64,000 nucleotides of DNA from Camelus dromedarius (taxonomy: Eukaryota). Positions within the stretch are counted from its first letter, which is position 1; each line of letters starts with the position of its first letter. Shown here piece after piece: positions 1 to 12,564 of this stretch. Where the stretch lies: assembly GCF_036321535.1 (NCBI RefSeq), contig NC_087437.1, positions 63,180,001 through 63,244,000 on the forward strand, written 5' to 3'. The position numbers and the translations under genes were made by a program. The notes under the pieces were generated by a model. It searched no databases. It saw only the letters and a list, made by a program, of their open reading frames with translations, and had not been told where the DNA came from.

Positions 1-66
1 CACATTCAAATTTGAGGACCACTGATTTAGGCCCCAGGGATACACAAAAATGAAACACCTACAATC

Positions 67-180
67 TAGAACAGTAGTTCTCAGCCCTGGCCACACATTA
101 AAATCAGCTGCGGAGCTTTTAAATAACTCCAAAGCCTGGTCCCAGACCAATGCCATTAGAATCTCTAGGAATGGGTAAAT
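67..180. mobile_element. MER5-type hAT fragment (another MER5 end at 1-30)
   Basis: CAGTAGTTCTCAGCCCTGGCCACACATTAAAATCAGCTGCGGAGCTTTTAAA; TTTGAGGACCACTG at 11-24. Confidence 0.7.
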
Positions 181-264
181 AATCATAGTGCAATGTGCTA
201 AGTGCAAAGATTGAATAAGTGTGCAGGCAACTGAGAAGGAAGAAGGCAGTGAGACACTCACTGC

Positions 265-385
265 CAAGGCAAGTGACTTCACTATCTATGCCTCTGTTTT
301 CCCATCTGTAAAATGGGGGTTGCAATATCCACCCTACATGTGATGATGTATGTAAATGCCTAGAACACAGTAGTTGCTAAGTCAT
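265..385 (+). mobile_element. MIR
   Basis: GGCAAGTGACTTCACTCTATGCCTCTGTTTTCCCATCTGTAAAATGGGG core. Confidence 0.75.
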
Positions 386-1169
386 CATCAATTCCCTCCC
401 TTCCCCAGACCAGGCCCTTTGCTGACTCTGAGCTCAGCAGCTGGACTGATGTGTCTAGTATGCCCCTTACATCATTTATCATCAATGACCCCGCCCCACC
501 ACCAAGGAGAGACTTCCTGGCTATTCACAGCCTTGGGCAAGAGTTCTCTTCAGCAGCCATCTCAACACTCCCAGAATCTTCTGTCACTGTCTTGAAAAAC
601 AGCCTGAGTCCTTGGGAACCAGACTGCTCCCAGAGGGCTGCTCACAGCCTGACTACAGCTCTGACACCCCCAACTCTTTGAAAGAACAGCTCTCTAAAAC
701 ACCTTGACAAAGGACTCTTGAGTAACACTAGGAACACATGGACCTATGCCTGCCCCCTCCCAAACTTTTGGCTCCAGGCAGAGCCACTGGCTCAAGGGGA
801 GCTCTCCGCATCAGGTAGACTCCCTGATGCAGAACCTTTCCTTATTGTGTCTCCCTCCTCAGCAACATCTGAATTCAGCCTATAGGGGGACTTAATAAAA
901 GCCCAAAACTCATTTACACCTTCCTCCCCACAAGGCACAGGAGCGGATCTGCTGTCCCAGAGCAGACAGCCTACAACTCGGCAGACCCACAGACCCACAG
1001 GCAACCCCTATGGCCTCCCCAATAGAGCAGAGAAATGCGGGCTGTCCTTGGAGCTGCCCCCTTGAGCTCTCAGCTTAACCCAGCAGATGCTACAAACATT
1101 TTTGTCTTCTCTTGAGAACAGCCTTTACTGTCATTTAAAAAAAAAAAAAAAGCAAATTGCGTCATTACT

Positions 1170-1335
1170 TCATAAGCAAACTTGCTTTTTTTGTTTAAAA
1201 TAAAAACATGATCACTCAAGCTTGCCCAGATTTGGTTTCCTCTTCCCTAGTTTCCTTAAATGAAGCTGGGCTGTTTCCCAAAATCAAATTAGCATTCAAA
1301 GAACAAAGTTTTGTCACCATTAAGGATAGTTTAAA
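1170..1335 (+). mobile_element. Tc1/mariner transposase C-terminal relic (tentative)
   Basis: Frame 1208+ contains LNEAGLFPKIKLAFKEQSFVTIKD, resembling the mariner motif PxDFxLFPKLKxxLKGxRFxTIEE. Confidence 0.45.
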
Positions 1336-2639
1336 TAAACAAACAACAACACGACCCTGCCCCACTGGACTGGGAAACAGTTCCCAGAATGCGGACCCTA
1401 CAGAGTTTGAACACAGGTGGTGCCCCAGCCATCGGTTCCCCTCGGGGGCCTGCTTGGAAGGGAGCAGCCCCACAGCTGGCAGTGGTCAGTGTAGTGTCTG
1501 TCATGCCACAATCTTCAAGGGGCCTCAGAAACCAAACCCCTAGCCCAAATAAGAGAGTGGGAGGAGGACACAGAGACAAGGAGGGATCTGGCTTCAGAGG
1601 AAAGGGTTTATAGATACCCAGAAGCAGGAACCAGGCCTGTCCTCCGAAGAGGCGGGGGCTGCCAGAGAAAAACATTGTCTTCAGAAGCCAAATCCTGGCC
1701 TAGTTTCCTGCCCCTGACCCACAGAACCCCCAACAAAAGAATTTGGAACATGAGACAGGAAAAAAAAATCCCTGCAGAAACAGTCCTGGGGAAACAGGAA
1801 AAATAAAGGAGCCACGTGGCTTTTCCCCAGTTCTCTGAGCAGTAATACCAGGGCGCGATTCCTTCCCAGACACCACAAAGTCACCCTCTCCTGGCCCCAT
1901 CAGCCCTCCTCCTCCTTCCCCAAGTCCTGCCACGTGCAAAATAAGACCTCTGCCCAGGCTGGCCAGACAAGAATGAGATATTTCCTCCTTGGCTCTGCAT
2001 TTTCATTCAGCCTTTAAAAAGCTCAGGCCGGGAAAGAAGCCCACAAGGGTGTTGTGTTGTGCCTCAGAGCTCACCTCCCCAGGGCTGGCTGCATTTCCCT
2101 GCATTTCTCCTCCTCGCACCAGCATTCTCACTGGCTAGGGTGCCAGACCCTGGGCCCTGGAAGCACTAATTGAGCTGCCACCACAACCCTTAGGAATGTG
2201 TGGCCAAAAACAGAGCATTAGCAATGCACGGTTCCATCTGCCCAGGCACGCTTAGGCCAGGCTCCAACAGGTAGAGGGCGGCTGGAGGGACACGGGAAGG
2301 GTGTGTCATTGGGCAGCACGTGGTCATCCGTACTGATGGTGGAAAGAGACACGGGACAACCAAACTGATCAAAAGCTAATAATCCAGAATCATGGGCATT
2401 GTTTGTTGGGAGACAGTATGATTTTTCACAGCAGAGTTGTGAAGAACCTGCTTGTTCAAAACTGAATTTGCATTTCCTGAACACAAAGACTAGGAAGAAT
2501 AGAGAACAACCACATGAAAAGAGGAAGCCAGTTCAGGATTTAAAAATGACCACATAATAGACATCCAGAAATAAGTAAGAGCTGGCTATGTGGGGAAGAC
2601 ACATAGGAAGTGAGCGCCGTGAGGGACCTGAGACATCAC

Positions 2640-2750
2640 CTGGCCCTCACTTTACAGATGAGAAAACTAAGTCCCGGGGAAGTGAAGTGACTGCCTCGTA
2701 TTACACAGCTGCTTGTAGAAGAGCCAGAACTAGAGCTGGATTGTCTAAGC
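2640..2750 (-). mobile_element. MIR
   Basis: TTTACAGATGAGAAAACTAAG...GTGAAGTGACTGCC core. Confidence 0.7.
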
Positions 2751-3439
2751 AGAGCCCTGTTCAGTTGGCCACACGGGTTCAAGGGCTTCCCCTTTGAAAA
2801 GAACCATCAGCCTAAACCTCTGATACGAATATGTCGCCAGGACCCTGCAGGCCTGCCAACAGTGGCTGCTCTGTGATCACCATGTTTTCCTATACCCAAG
2901 GCACCTTCATGTGCTACTGACTGCGCTAGGTTGAGCCCCAGAATGATTCAAAAATCACTGCCCAATGGTTTGACATCACAGCATGGTCTTTGATAGCAGT
3001 ACCTTATACGATTCAAATCAGTAGGTGCTATCAGTTTCCTCAAGCTCAAGTACAATACTACTCTTTGGTATTTGATTTTTTCCCAGAGTCTTTTGACATC
3101 TTGTACCTAACATTCTGTTCACCAAACCCCATGGGTTAAAGGTGGAGAAGGGACTGAGACACCTGTTTCATAGACTTCCCTGATGATTACCCATAAGTAA
3201 ACAGCTGGCAAGTGGGATTGAGAGACTAGCCAAGGCCTCTGGACTCCCAGAGCCAAGCTCTTTCCAGAGCAAGTTGAGAATAGGAGTAAGAAGTAAAAAT
3301 TTACAAGAAACTTAAGGGGCAAGAGCCAGAAAAACATTGTTTGCTAACCTGCAGGCAAACAGAAGATATCGGAGTCTGGGGGAAAACTACTGAGAATCAT
3401 ATTTCAATCATACTTCATTTTTCTTTTTCTTTCTTTTTT

Positions 3440-4080
3440 TCCCTTAAAGTATAACTTGCATACAGTAAAGGGTACAAATCTTAAGGGAAGAACTAGATAA
3501 ATTTTTGCATATTTATACACTGATGTAACCACCATCCAAACCAAGACTTAGAACATTTACAGCTCCCCCAGAAGGTTCCCTCATTCCCCTTCCAAACAAG
3601 AATAACCATTATTCTAACCTCTACCCATACAAAAGGTTTGCTTGTTTTTGAGCTACATATAAATGAAAGAATATAACATGTATGCTTTTATACCTGGCTT
3701 CTTTTCCTCAACATTCTGTTTGTAAGATTCCTCTATGCTGTTCATAAGCCAACAGTGTGCTTCTTCTCATTGCTGTATAACACTCTGTTGAATCAATATG
3801 AAACAATGTACTTATCCATTCTACTGTTGATAGAAACGCTTTGATTGTTTCCAGTTTGGGGCTACTATGAATAAAGCTGATATGAATATTCTTGTACATG
3901 TCTTGATGAAGATAAACCTTCATGTCTGTTGGGTATATCCAGGTGCAGAACTGTAGCATCATGGGGGTATACATAATAGACACCAACAAAATTTTTTCAA
4001 AGTGATTACACCAATATACGTTCCCATCAGCAAAGAAAGTTCCAAGAGTTCCATATCCTCATCAACACTTGGTGTCACTG
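3440..4080 (-). mobile_element. Old L1M (L1MC/ME-type) 3' fragment
   Basis: Characteristic antisense L1 text: AAGTATAACTTGCATACAGTAAA, TTTCCAGTTTGGGGCTACTATGAATAAAGCTG, CCATATCCTCATCAACACTTGGT. Confidence 0.82.
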
Positions 4081-4589
4081 GTAAAGAATATTTTTAAAAG
4101 TATCACTGGGAAATAAGGTACCCCAGCTAGGTTTCCAGATATTTGATTTTTATTTCAGTCTTTGAGCAATTTTTTAAAAAAATTCTAACAATTTTACTTC
4201 TTGAACAGAGTTAACAACCTAACCCTTGCAGTCCATAGTGAGATATACAGAGAGTTGTCTGCCCTACATTAAATATCTAGGAATTTTACTATTTCCTCCT
4301 TTATGGGTGGACATCACTAAAGTATCAGCAGGCCATTGCACCTCTCTCTACTCACTCGTCTAGGAAATATTGAAGATGACCCAATCAGGAACTATGATTT
4401 ACACACAATCATAAATCAATAAGTTCTCGTCACACTGTTGCTATAAAGTTATTTCTATTTCTGGAACAGTGAAGGTTGCCCCATAAATAGATAAGTGAGT
4501 TATTACTCATTTCATTTGTTTGTTTGTGGTTTGGCAAATATTAACCAGTTATCAAACAAACAACACACATTTATAAAACACATATTTTA

Positions 4590-6122
4590 CCCTTTAAAAT
4601 AGCACCCAAAGTAATAAAATATCTAGGAATAAATCTAACCAAGGAGGTGAAAGAATTATACACAGAAAACTATAAACCATTGATGAAGGAAATTATAGAA
4701 GACTTTAAAAAATGGAAAGATATCCCATGCTCTTGGATTGGAAGAATCAATATTGTTAAAATGGTCACACTGCCCAAGGCAATCTACAGATTTAATGCAA
4801 TCCCTATCAAATTACCCAGGACATATTTCACAGAACTAGAAAAAATCATAATCAAATTTATATGGAACCATCAAAGACCCAGAATTGCCAAAGCATTACT
4901 GAAGAGAAAGAAAGAGGCTGGAGGAATAAAAACTCTCCCAGACTTCAGACACCACTATAGAGTTACAGTCATCAAGACAGCATGGTATTGGTACAAAAAC
5001 AGACATATAGACCAATGGAACAGAATACAGAGCCCAGAAATGAACCCACAAACTTTTGGTCAACTCATCTTTGACAAAGGAGGCAAGAATATACAATGGA
5101 ATAAAGACAGTCTCTTCAGCAAATGGTGTTGGGAAAACTGGACAGCAGCATGTAAAACAATGAAGCTAGAACACTCCCTTACACCATATACAAAAATAAA
5201 CTCAAAATGGATCAAAGACTTAAACATAAGACAAGATACAATAAACCTCCTAGAGGAAAATATAGGCAAAACATTATCTGACATACATCTCAAAAATTTT
5301 CTCCTAGAAGAAATAAAAGCAAGAATAAACAAATGGGACCTAATGAAACTTACAAGCTTCTGCACAGCAAAGGAAACCGTAAGTAAAACAAAAAGACAAC
5401 CTACCGAATGGGAAAAAATTTTTGCAAATGAAACCGACAAAGGCTTGATCTCCAGAATATATAAGCAGCTCATACGACTCAATAAGAAAAAAATAAACAA
5501 CCCAATCCAAAAATAGGCAGAAGACCTAAACAAGCAATTCTCCAAGGAAGACATACAAATGATCAATAGGCATATGAAAAAATGCTCAATATCACTAATT
5601 ATCAGAGAAATGCAAATCAAAACTACAATGAGGAATCACCTCACACCAGTCAGAATGGCCGTCATTCAAAAATCCACAAATGACAAATGCTGGAGAGGCT
5701 GTGGAGAAAAGGGAACCCTCCTACACTGCTGGTGGGAATGCAGTTTGGTGCAGCCACTGTGGAAAACAGTATGGAGATTCCTCAAAAGACTAGGAACAGA
5801 CTTACCATATGACCCAGGAATCCCGCTCTTGGGCATATATCCAGAACGAACCCTACTTCAGGATGACACCTGCACCCCAATGTTCATAGCAGCACTATTT
5901 ACAATAGCCAAAACATGGAAACAGCCTAAATGTCCATCAACAGATAACTGGATAAAGAAGAAGTGGTATATTTATACAACGGAATACTACTCAGCCATAA
6001 AAACCGACAACATAACACCATTTGCAGCAACATGGATGCTCCTGGAGAATGTCATTCTAAGTAAAGTAAGCCAGAAAGAGAAAGAAAAATACCATATGAG
6101 ATCGCTCATATGTGGAATCTAA
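4590..6122 (+). pseudogene. L1 ORF2p fragment with one premature stop
   Basis: ORFs 4647-5516 and 5559-6122 are in the same frame, separated by TAG at 5514-5516 where L1 ORF2 has Trp (NPIQK*AEDLN). Endonuclease and most of the RT domain are missing. Confidence 0.93.
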
Positions 6123-6436
6123 AACAAACAAACAAACAAAGCATAAATACAAAACAGAAATAGACTCACAGACATAGAATATAAACTTGTGTTTGCCAAG
6201 GGGGCGGGGGGGGGGAAGAGATAGACTGGGATTTCAAAATTGTAGAATAGATAAACAAGATTACACTGTATAGCACAGGGAAATATACACAAAATGTTAT
6301 GATAACTCACAGAGAAAAAAATGTGACAATGAGTGTGTATATGTCCATGAACGACTGAAAAATTGTGCTGAACACTGGAATTTGACACAACATTGTAAAA
6401 TGATTATAAATCAATAAAAAATGTTTTAAAAAAACC
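4590..6436 (+). mobile_element. 5'-truncated LINE-1 (ORF2 C-terminal part + 3'UTR + short A tail), relatively young, antisense to KALRN
   Basis: ORF2 reads from 4590 ([24 protein letters not shown]...) to TAA 6120-6122 and includes the CCHC motif [19 protein letters not shown]-rich 3'UTR tract near 6200, AATAAA 6413-6418, TSD core CACATATTTTA at 4579-4589 and 6437-6447. Confidence 0.97.
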
Positions 6437-6707
6437 CACATATTTTATGTTACTGAGCTAGACATTCTGGAAGTCACAAAGAAAATTAACAAGCTTTCCC
6501 TTGATGGGGCAGAGCCTAGGGTAAATCATGTGGAATGTTGTCATTTGCCTTCCTCTTCCCACTTTACCCACTCAAACTTTTTCACAGATGAAATGAGATT
6601 AAAACAAACACCAGTGATGACCTTGGCCTTGGCCTTGGAGGGGAAAGCTAGTATTAAAGGGATAAAAACGGAAGAGACCTGCCCATAGGGTCACAGTGAT
6701 AGGATTA

Positions 6708-6921
6708 GCAGACATTTGATCCTATCCAAAATGTTTATAAGACACCTGGTCCATAGGACATTTGGTCCATGCCAAAAGGTCCTTGAAATTTGGTCCTATC
6801 TAAAACATCTATAAGCATATTCGGTCCATGTCAAATGGTTTTGGATAGAACCAAATGTCAAGGATCTTTTAGCATGGACCAAATGTCTTATGAATGTTTT
6901 GGACAGGACCAAATGTCCTGC
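6708..6921. repeat. Foldback / MITE-like inverted repeat with internal GACATTTGGTCC subrepeats
   Basis: 6708-6808 aligns to the reverse complement of ~6836-6921. About 5 forward and 3 reverse copies of the 12-mer. Family not recognised. Confidence 0.85.
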
Positions 6922-9900
6922 AGTGGGTGATAGAGTAAACGGATAATAGAAGGTGATGACTGCAATCTGTATTCCTCTCTTAGAACAAGCTCTAATTCCA
7001 CCTCATCCCTTCCTCCCCTGGTCTCTGCCCATCACCACTTTCCTTCTCCCCAGCTACTCTCTCGGTGCCATTGCCCACATTTCACCACCAGGGAAAATGT
7101 GCCCAAGACAAGACATATTCCCTGACCCTACAGAACATACCAACCTTAAAGAACATATCTATGGTGATCACCAAATGCAGGATTAAGTCTAAGGAGGAGT
7201 CACTGTGAAATGGCAAGTGCAAACAAAGAGTGGAAGGGTCTTGAGCTGGCCCTTAAAGCATGGAAAACTTAAGGCAGAGCAGTGAAGCAATGGTGGGAAG
7301 TCCTCCACCCTCTACAGAGCAAAGGACAAGAGTAGGAAGAAACAGGAGACCTTTAGGGTCTGTTAATAGGCAGGACAAGCTTTCCACACCACAATGATGC
7401 TGAGATATAATTCAGCTACTATAGCTTGACTTCTTCACTCAGACAAAAGCTGCCTGAATACAGTGACTGAGAATTTTAGGAACTTTTTTAGAAACATCCT
7501 CATATAAGCAGGTGGACGAAGCTGTATACAATCTTGCTTATCAGCATTCTACAGCCCTCAATTTCTCAATTTACATAGTTTCTGACCTGGCTCTCTAGAT
7601 GACAAATGCAAATCACTAAGAACAACTCCATGGCTTTTCTGGACTGGAAAGCTGCTTCTGTCCCTGTGCAGAGGTGTAACCAAGTTGACAAGGCAGCTAG
7701 CACTGGGGAGCTGGGGAGGGGACAGGGAACAGGCACAGGTGGGTCAGATCCACAAGGTAACTCTAGATCCTGGAGCCTTTCAGGACCAGTTGAAGAGGGC
7801 AGAAACTGCATCTGAATGGGGTATGTGGGAACACCTTCCACCATACCAGAGCCACCCACACAAAGACATGGTTCTTAGATCACTATGCTCCCCTCCATCA
7901 AGCTCACTTCTTTGAGGGACCATCTACTTCTTGTCATTTGGTTTAAATTTTCATTTGATTTTCCTGCTTCCCTGTACTGTCAACTCAGAGGGAACATCTC
8001 CACTCTGAAGGAGGCAAAAGTAAAACTACCATTTTTGAATGGCCAATCAGCAAAGAGGGTATGAGAATCAGGACTTCCATTCTCAGTCCCAAAGTTTGTT
8101 TCACCTCAGGCTTCTGTCCTGGTCAGTGTTTGTTATCTAAATAATCTCTGTAGGAAACACTTCTTTTTCAGGGACAAACATCCCTTAATGTACAGAAAGT
8201 GACAAATGGAGAGAGGGTGGGGAAGCTGCCATCAGTTACACAAACATAGCATTAGTTGGTAGCATCTGTCTTAACATTCCAGCCTTCCAACTTCCTCTGA
8301 TCATTGGTCTGATTCCACTGATAAGTCTGACTACAGGTGCAATGAACAACTTGAGAAAAGTCAGAGCACACACATCCATAAGTGCTTCTTGAGGGCAGAG
8401 AGTTGGCCTTACTCATTGCTGTCTTCCTAGCACTTACCACAGACCTGCACAAAGGTACTGAATAACCAGTAATTTGAGGGAACACAGGAATGAAAGAAAC
8501 AATTGAGTAATTTAAAACATATTGTACACCTTAAAGGCATAAATCCTGAAGGGACACAAAATTATGGAGAGGTTTAGCCTGTAAGATTGTGGAATAAGGG
8601 TAATAAAGTAAATGAAGCATAAGAAAAAAAGTAACATTAAGGAGCCACAAGGATCAACCAGTCTAAAGCATTGCCAAATAGACTGGCAATAATCACTGTT
8701 GTCCTCAATTATCCGAAGGATTTCAAGTAAAAATGAAATTATATAGCTCCGTATGACTCTAGAGGGTTGATCTAAGATCATTTTGCCTAAATTAGACAAA
8801 GGCAGATTTCAGTTACATAAATTGATTTGCTAACAGATCTGCCCGACACTGCAGTGAGTTGTAGTGTGGAGTCGTGAGTGCCTTGTCACTGATGGATCAA
8901 TACTCAGTGATCGTCCAGAGGCAATTTCTGCCTCAAGTGGAACTTAGACTCAATGGACTCTAAGGTGTCATCCATAACTAAGAGTCTACTAATCTACAAC
9001 TCTGTGGTCAAAAGGGGATAGAGTCAAGCAAAGTAGACTTCCTGGAAGAGGAGAGTTTGCAGTTAGACCGCGAAGGCGATGATGTGAAAGAGCAAATTAG
9101 TCTAGTTGCTACAGTGAGTACTGGCGTACAGGACCCAGAAACCTTACTAAAGCAGGAAGGATCAGAAAAATCAGCGTGTAAAAGTGTGTCAGGGAACCTT
9201 TAGGGTCCGTATGTATTATTCTTAGAACCATCTATTTAAAGTAAACTGATACCTTCCTGAATTGGTAGATAACCTCAACCTAGATCAAACTGAAATGGGA
9301 AAATCTTATCAGATATTTAATAAGTTGATGCAATATGGAGAGGCTACAGAGTTAGAAATTAAAGGACACCAACAACAAGGCAAGTCTAGCCCACAAATCT
9401 GTAACCAATTTGAAATTCGTGAATGGTGGTCTCTGAGTGCCGCCACAAAAGTGCCTATCCTGGCAATCTTGGATGCCTGTCATTATTGAACCAGGGTCAT
9501 TATTTTATGAGTCTTACGTTGTAGCTGAGCCAGACAGACAACAGTACCTTCTTTTATTTCACTTGGATAATGGCCAAATATAAGTCACTTTACTATGACT
9601 TAAAGAGTATCGTGCCCATCTGTTCACAATTGATGGGAATAATAGAGGGGTGGAATGTGCCAGGCACTCTTGGACAACCGTGTGGAAAGGGTCAGTAGCT
9701 TTCTTGGCTATTTGCCATATGACCACACTTCCTTCATCTGTGAACATATGGACTTGATGAAACTATCACTTGGGGAGCATGGTACAACGGGGCTTGGGCC
9801 AACCCATCTCCACAAGAAAATCTACCTAAGTTACAGTAAGGGAATAGCCTTTACATTCTGTGTCACACCATGAGAACTTCTTGCAAGATGCAGCTTTGTG

Positions 9901-11149
9901 TTGTGTCCTAGAATGAGAAAGGGAGAGCTGTGACTGGATGTCATCTCTGTCCACTGCCTTGAGTTTAAAATAGGGAAATAAATCACCTCAAAGGAGAGGA
10001 GTGAGCAGGTGATGTCCTGAGACTGAAAACTTCTCTTGTCCACCTCTCCTAAGATGGAGCAGTGGTGGGGAGCAGAAAAGTGCTCTCAAATATTTGCTCA
10101 GATTTTTGAAAGAGTTCAAACACTGAAGGAGAGAAACCTCACTATTAGTGGTTAAGAAAATAGTTTGGGTAACACTGGATTACTTTTAAGCATAATTTTT
10201 GAGTAAAAAGTAAAGAGAACTAGCTGAAAAATCCTTCTGATGTCTGTCTTTTCAAGTTCAGAAATTTTCACTTGTGACATATGAAAAAGAGAACAGAATC
10301 ATTAATTTGAGGTCGGGCAAAAGCAAAGAAGTCTCTCCTTATTCTTGGCCAGGAATTCCCAAAACCATGATCCTCTTTTATTCGACATTTCTATAGTGAA
10401 CATCAAGGTAAACCATGAAGGCAGAAGAGACGCCCCTAAAAGGCATCCTAGAGGAGGAAGGGAGTGTTAGGAGGTGAGCTGTGGCATTTGTGGTACAAGC
10501 TGGTCAAGAGTCGACCCCTTTTCGTCCAAATCGAGATGGGGCCTCCAACTCATGGAGCCACCGTTGCTCAAAGCGGAAACACCTCCTCAGTGCATCCCAG
10601 GCCTAATCAACCAGGCTGCTGGCCTAAGTGTGAGTTCTCCAGATTCTTGACATCTCCTCTTTTGTCCTCTTAAGTATTTTCCTGCTCACAGGGGAATTGA
10701 GAACAAGGACTGGAAGAAATTCATTCCAAGGTATTTTGCTGTTTGTGGGCAGTGTGTTGAAAGCATTTCTAGGAAAGGGGGATTATGTTATAAGTTAAAA
10801 AGAGCATTTGCATTTCCTCTGATCTCAATTATTCAGGCCTTCAGTGCCCTTGACTCCCCTAGCCTCCCTGGCATGTCCAGGAATAATGAAGAGTGGACCT
10901 AAACAGCGATATCTGCCAAACTTGCCAGGAACGCCACACGTAGCCCTCTGCCCACCGTAACCATATCTTCCTGTCCTTTGCCTGACAGCTCAAGGTCACC
11001 TGCTCCTGGAACTCCTGCTTACTCACCACACCATCTCTAACCTTGTTGCCTCCCTCTTCACAATATCAGCATTTTTAGTCAGGTCATGCAAATTTTCTAT
11101 CCTCGTGATTTGGAACTGACAACATGATATAACAAAACAAAGCAAGAGG

Positions 11150-11315
11150 CATGCCATCTGAGGTCCTAGATTCAAGGTCCTTGGCTTCTCCTTGCTGGCT
11201 AGGTGACCTTAGGCAAATCTCTTCACTTGTCTGAGCTTCAGTGTCCTCATCTGGAAAAGGGTGATATGGATTTCACAAATAAGATGTGAAAGCTTTTTGG
11301 AAACTGTAAAGCAGA
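11150..11315 (+). mobile_element. MIR
   Basis: GTGACCTTAGGCAAATCTCTTCACTTGTCTGAGCTTCAGTGTCCTCATCTG. Confidence 0.75.
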
Positions 11316-12510
11316 CTGTTTCTGTTGGGGGTGAGGTAGAGACCATGTCTCTTCCTTATATTCCAGAGTCTGAACTAGGGTTGTTCACCCCCCAACAGCC
11401 TGAGCACAGATTTGGCTGAAATGTCACTGAATGCCCCACTTGTCCCTACAATGCTAACACAGACCCTCTCCTCAGGTGTAACATGTACATTCAGAAGTCA
11501 CGCACATCGTTATAAAGATGCCTCCTGAGAAGGATCCTGTAGCCTAGCCTCATGCACTCCCAGACAGGAGAGAGAGGAGCAGATCCAACCCTCAGAGCCT
11601 GCTGAAGGGCACAATGGTGGCAGCAGATGGAGCCAAGAGTCCTCCCACCCTGCAGGCCATGCTGGTTGGTATACCCAGCCCCACTGCCCAGGAAACGAAT
11701 CATCCCCATGACACCCAGGAACTTTTCCTCCTCTTCAGCACAACCACCTGCAGAACTACCATCACAACCACTGCAGCCAAATCCTTGGCACCACTCATCT
11801 CACCATTTGGAAAGCTAATAGCCCAGAATTCTTTCACTGGGACTCTTTTCTAAAGTCATAACTAAAATGTCTGATTGCACTGGGAGACCAGAGAGAGAAG
11901 GATGCTATGTGACATCTGAAGCCACTAACTGTCCATATTCCCTGCAGCAGTGCATTGACAGTGTCCTGTTTTCTTCCCTGAGTGTCTGCTAACAGGTCTG
12001 TCTGTGATAGGAGAGCTCAGAGTGATAGAACTCGATCTGCATCTGCAACAGCTGACACCAATAAGCAGATCCTTTGTTTTACAACAAAGCAAATTCAATA
12101 ATTATTGGCCTTATGGAGAATTCCAATCCACAGCCTCTTTCAACAGGGCTCCAAAGGCATCCCCAAACTATAAAAATGCTTCAAGTAGAAATAAATCACT
12201 TTCTCACACTTTATCGTACAACCGGGTACCACAGGCCCCAGAGTCAACACTTTCCTAATGGTCCGATAAAGATAGTAAGAAACAGCTGAGTGCTCATGAG
12301 TGACATTGACAATATTTTATAAACACGAAAGGAATCAATATCAGAGTGCTGTGGAGGTGGCAGTGATTTCCCCTGAAAAACCTGAAATGCCCTCCCCCAT
12401 GCTACCCAAGCTCTATCATGTTATAAGTATTTAACTGAAGCTGGACTTCTTCTATACAGCTTTCTCTGATCTCTCTAGCCTAGAAAAAATTCATTCAGTC
12501 AGTCAACATT

Positions 12511-12564
12511 TATGTATGTATGTATGTATGTATGTATGTATGTATGTATGTATGTATGTATGTA
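12511..12564. repeat. (TATG)13 tetranucleotide microsatellite within an L2 tail
   Basis: Perfect TATG x13 + TA, flanked by ATTCATTCAGTCAGTCAACATT and ATGTACCAGGCACTGTGCTAGG. Confidence 0.97.

Noticed and set aside
5060..5620. 186-aa hydrophobic minus-strand ORF
   Set aside because: Antisense shadow of A-rich L1 ORF2.
6708..6921. CRISPR-like appearance of regularly spaced repeats
   Set aside because: Mammalian DNA, 12-bp repeats in both orientations, spacers repeat each other and there are no cas genes; it is a foldback structure.
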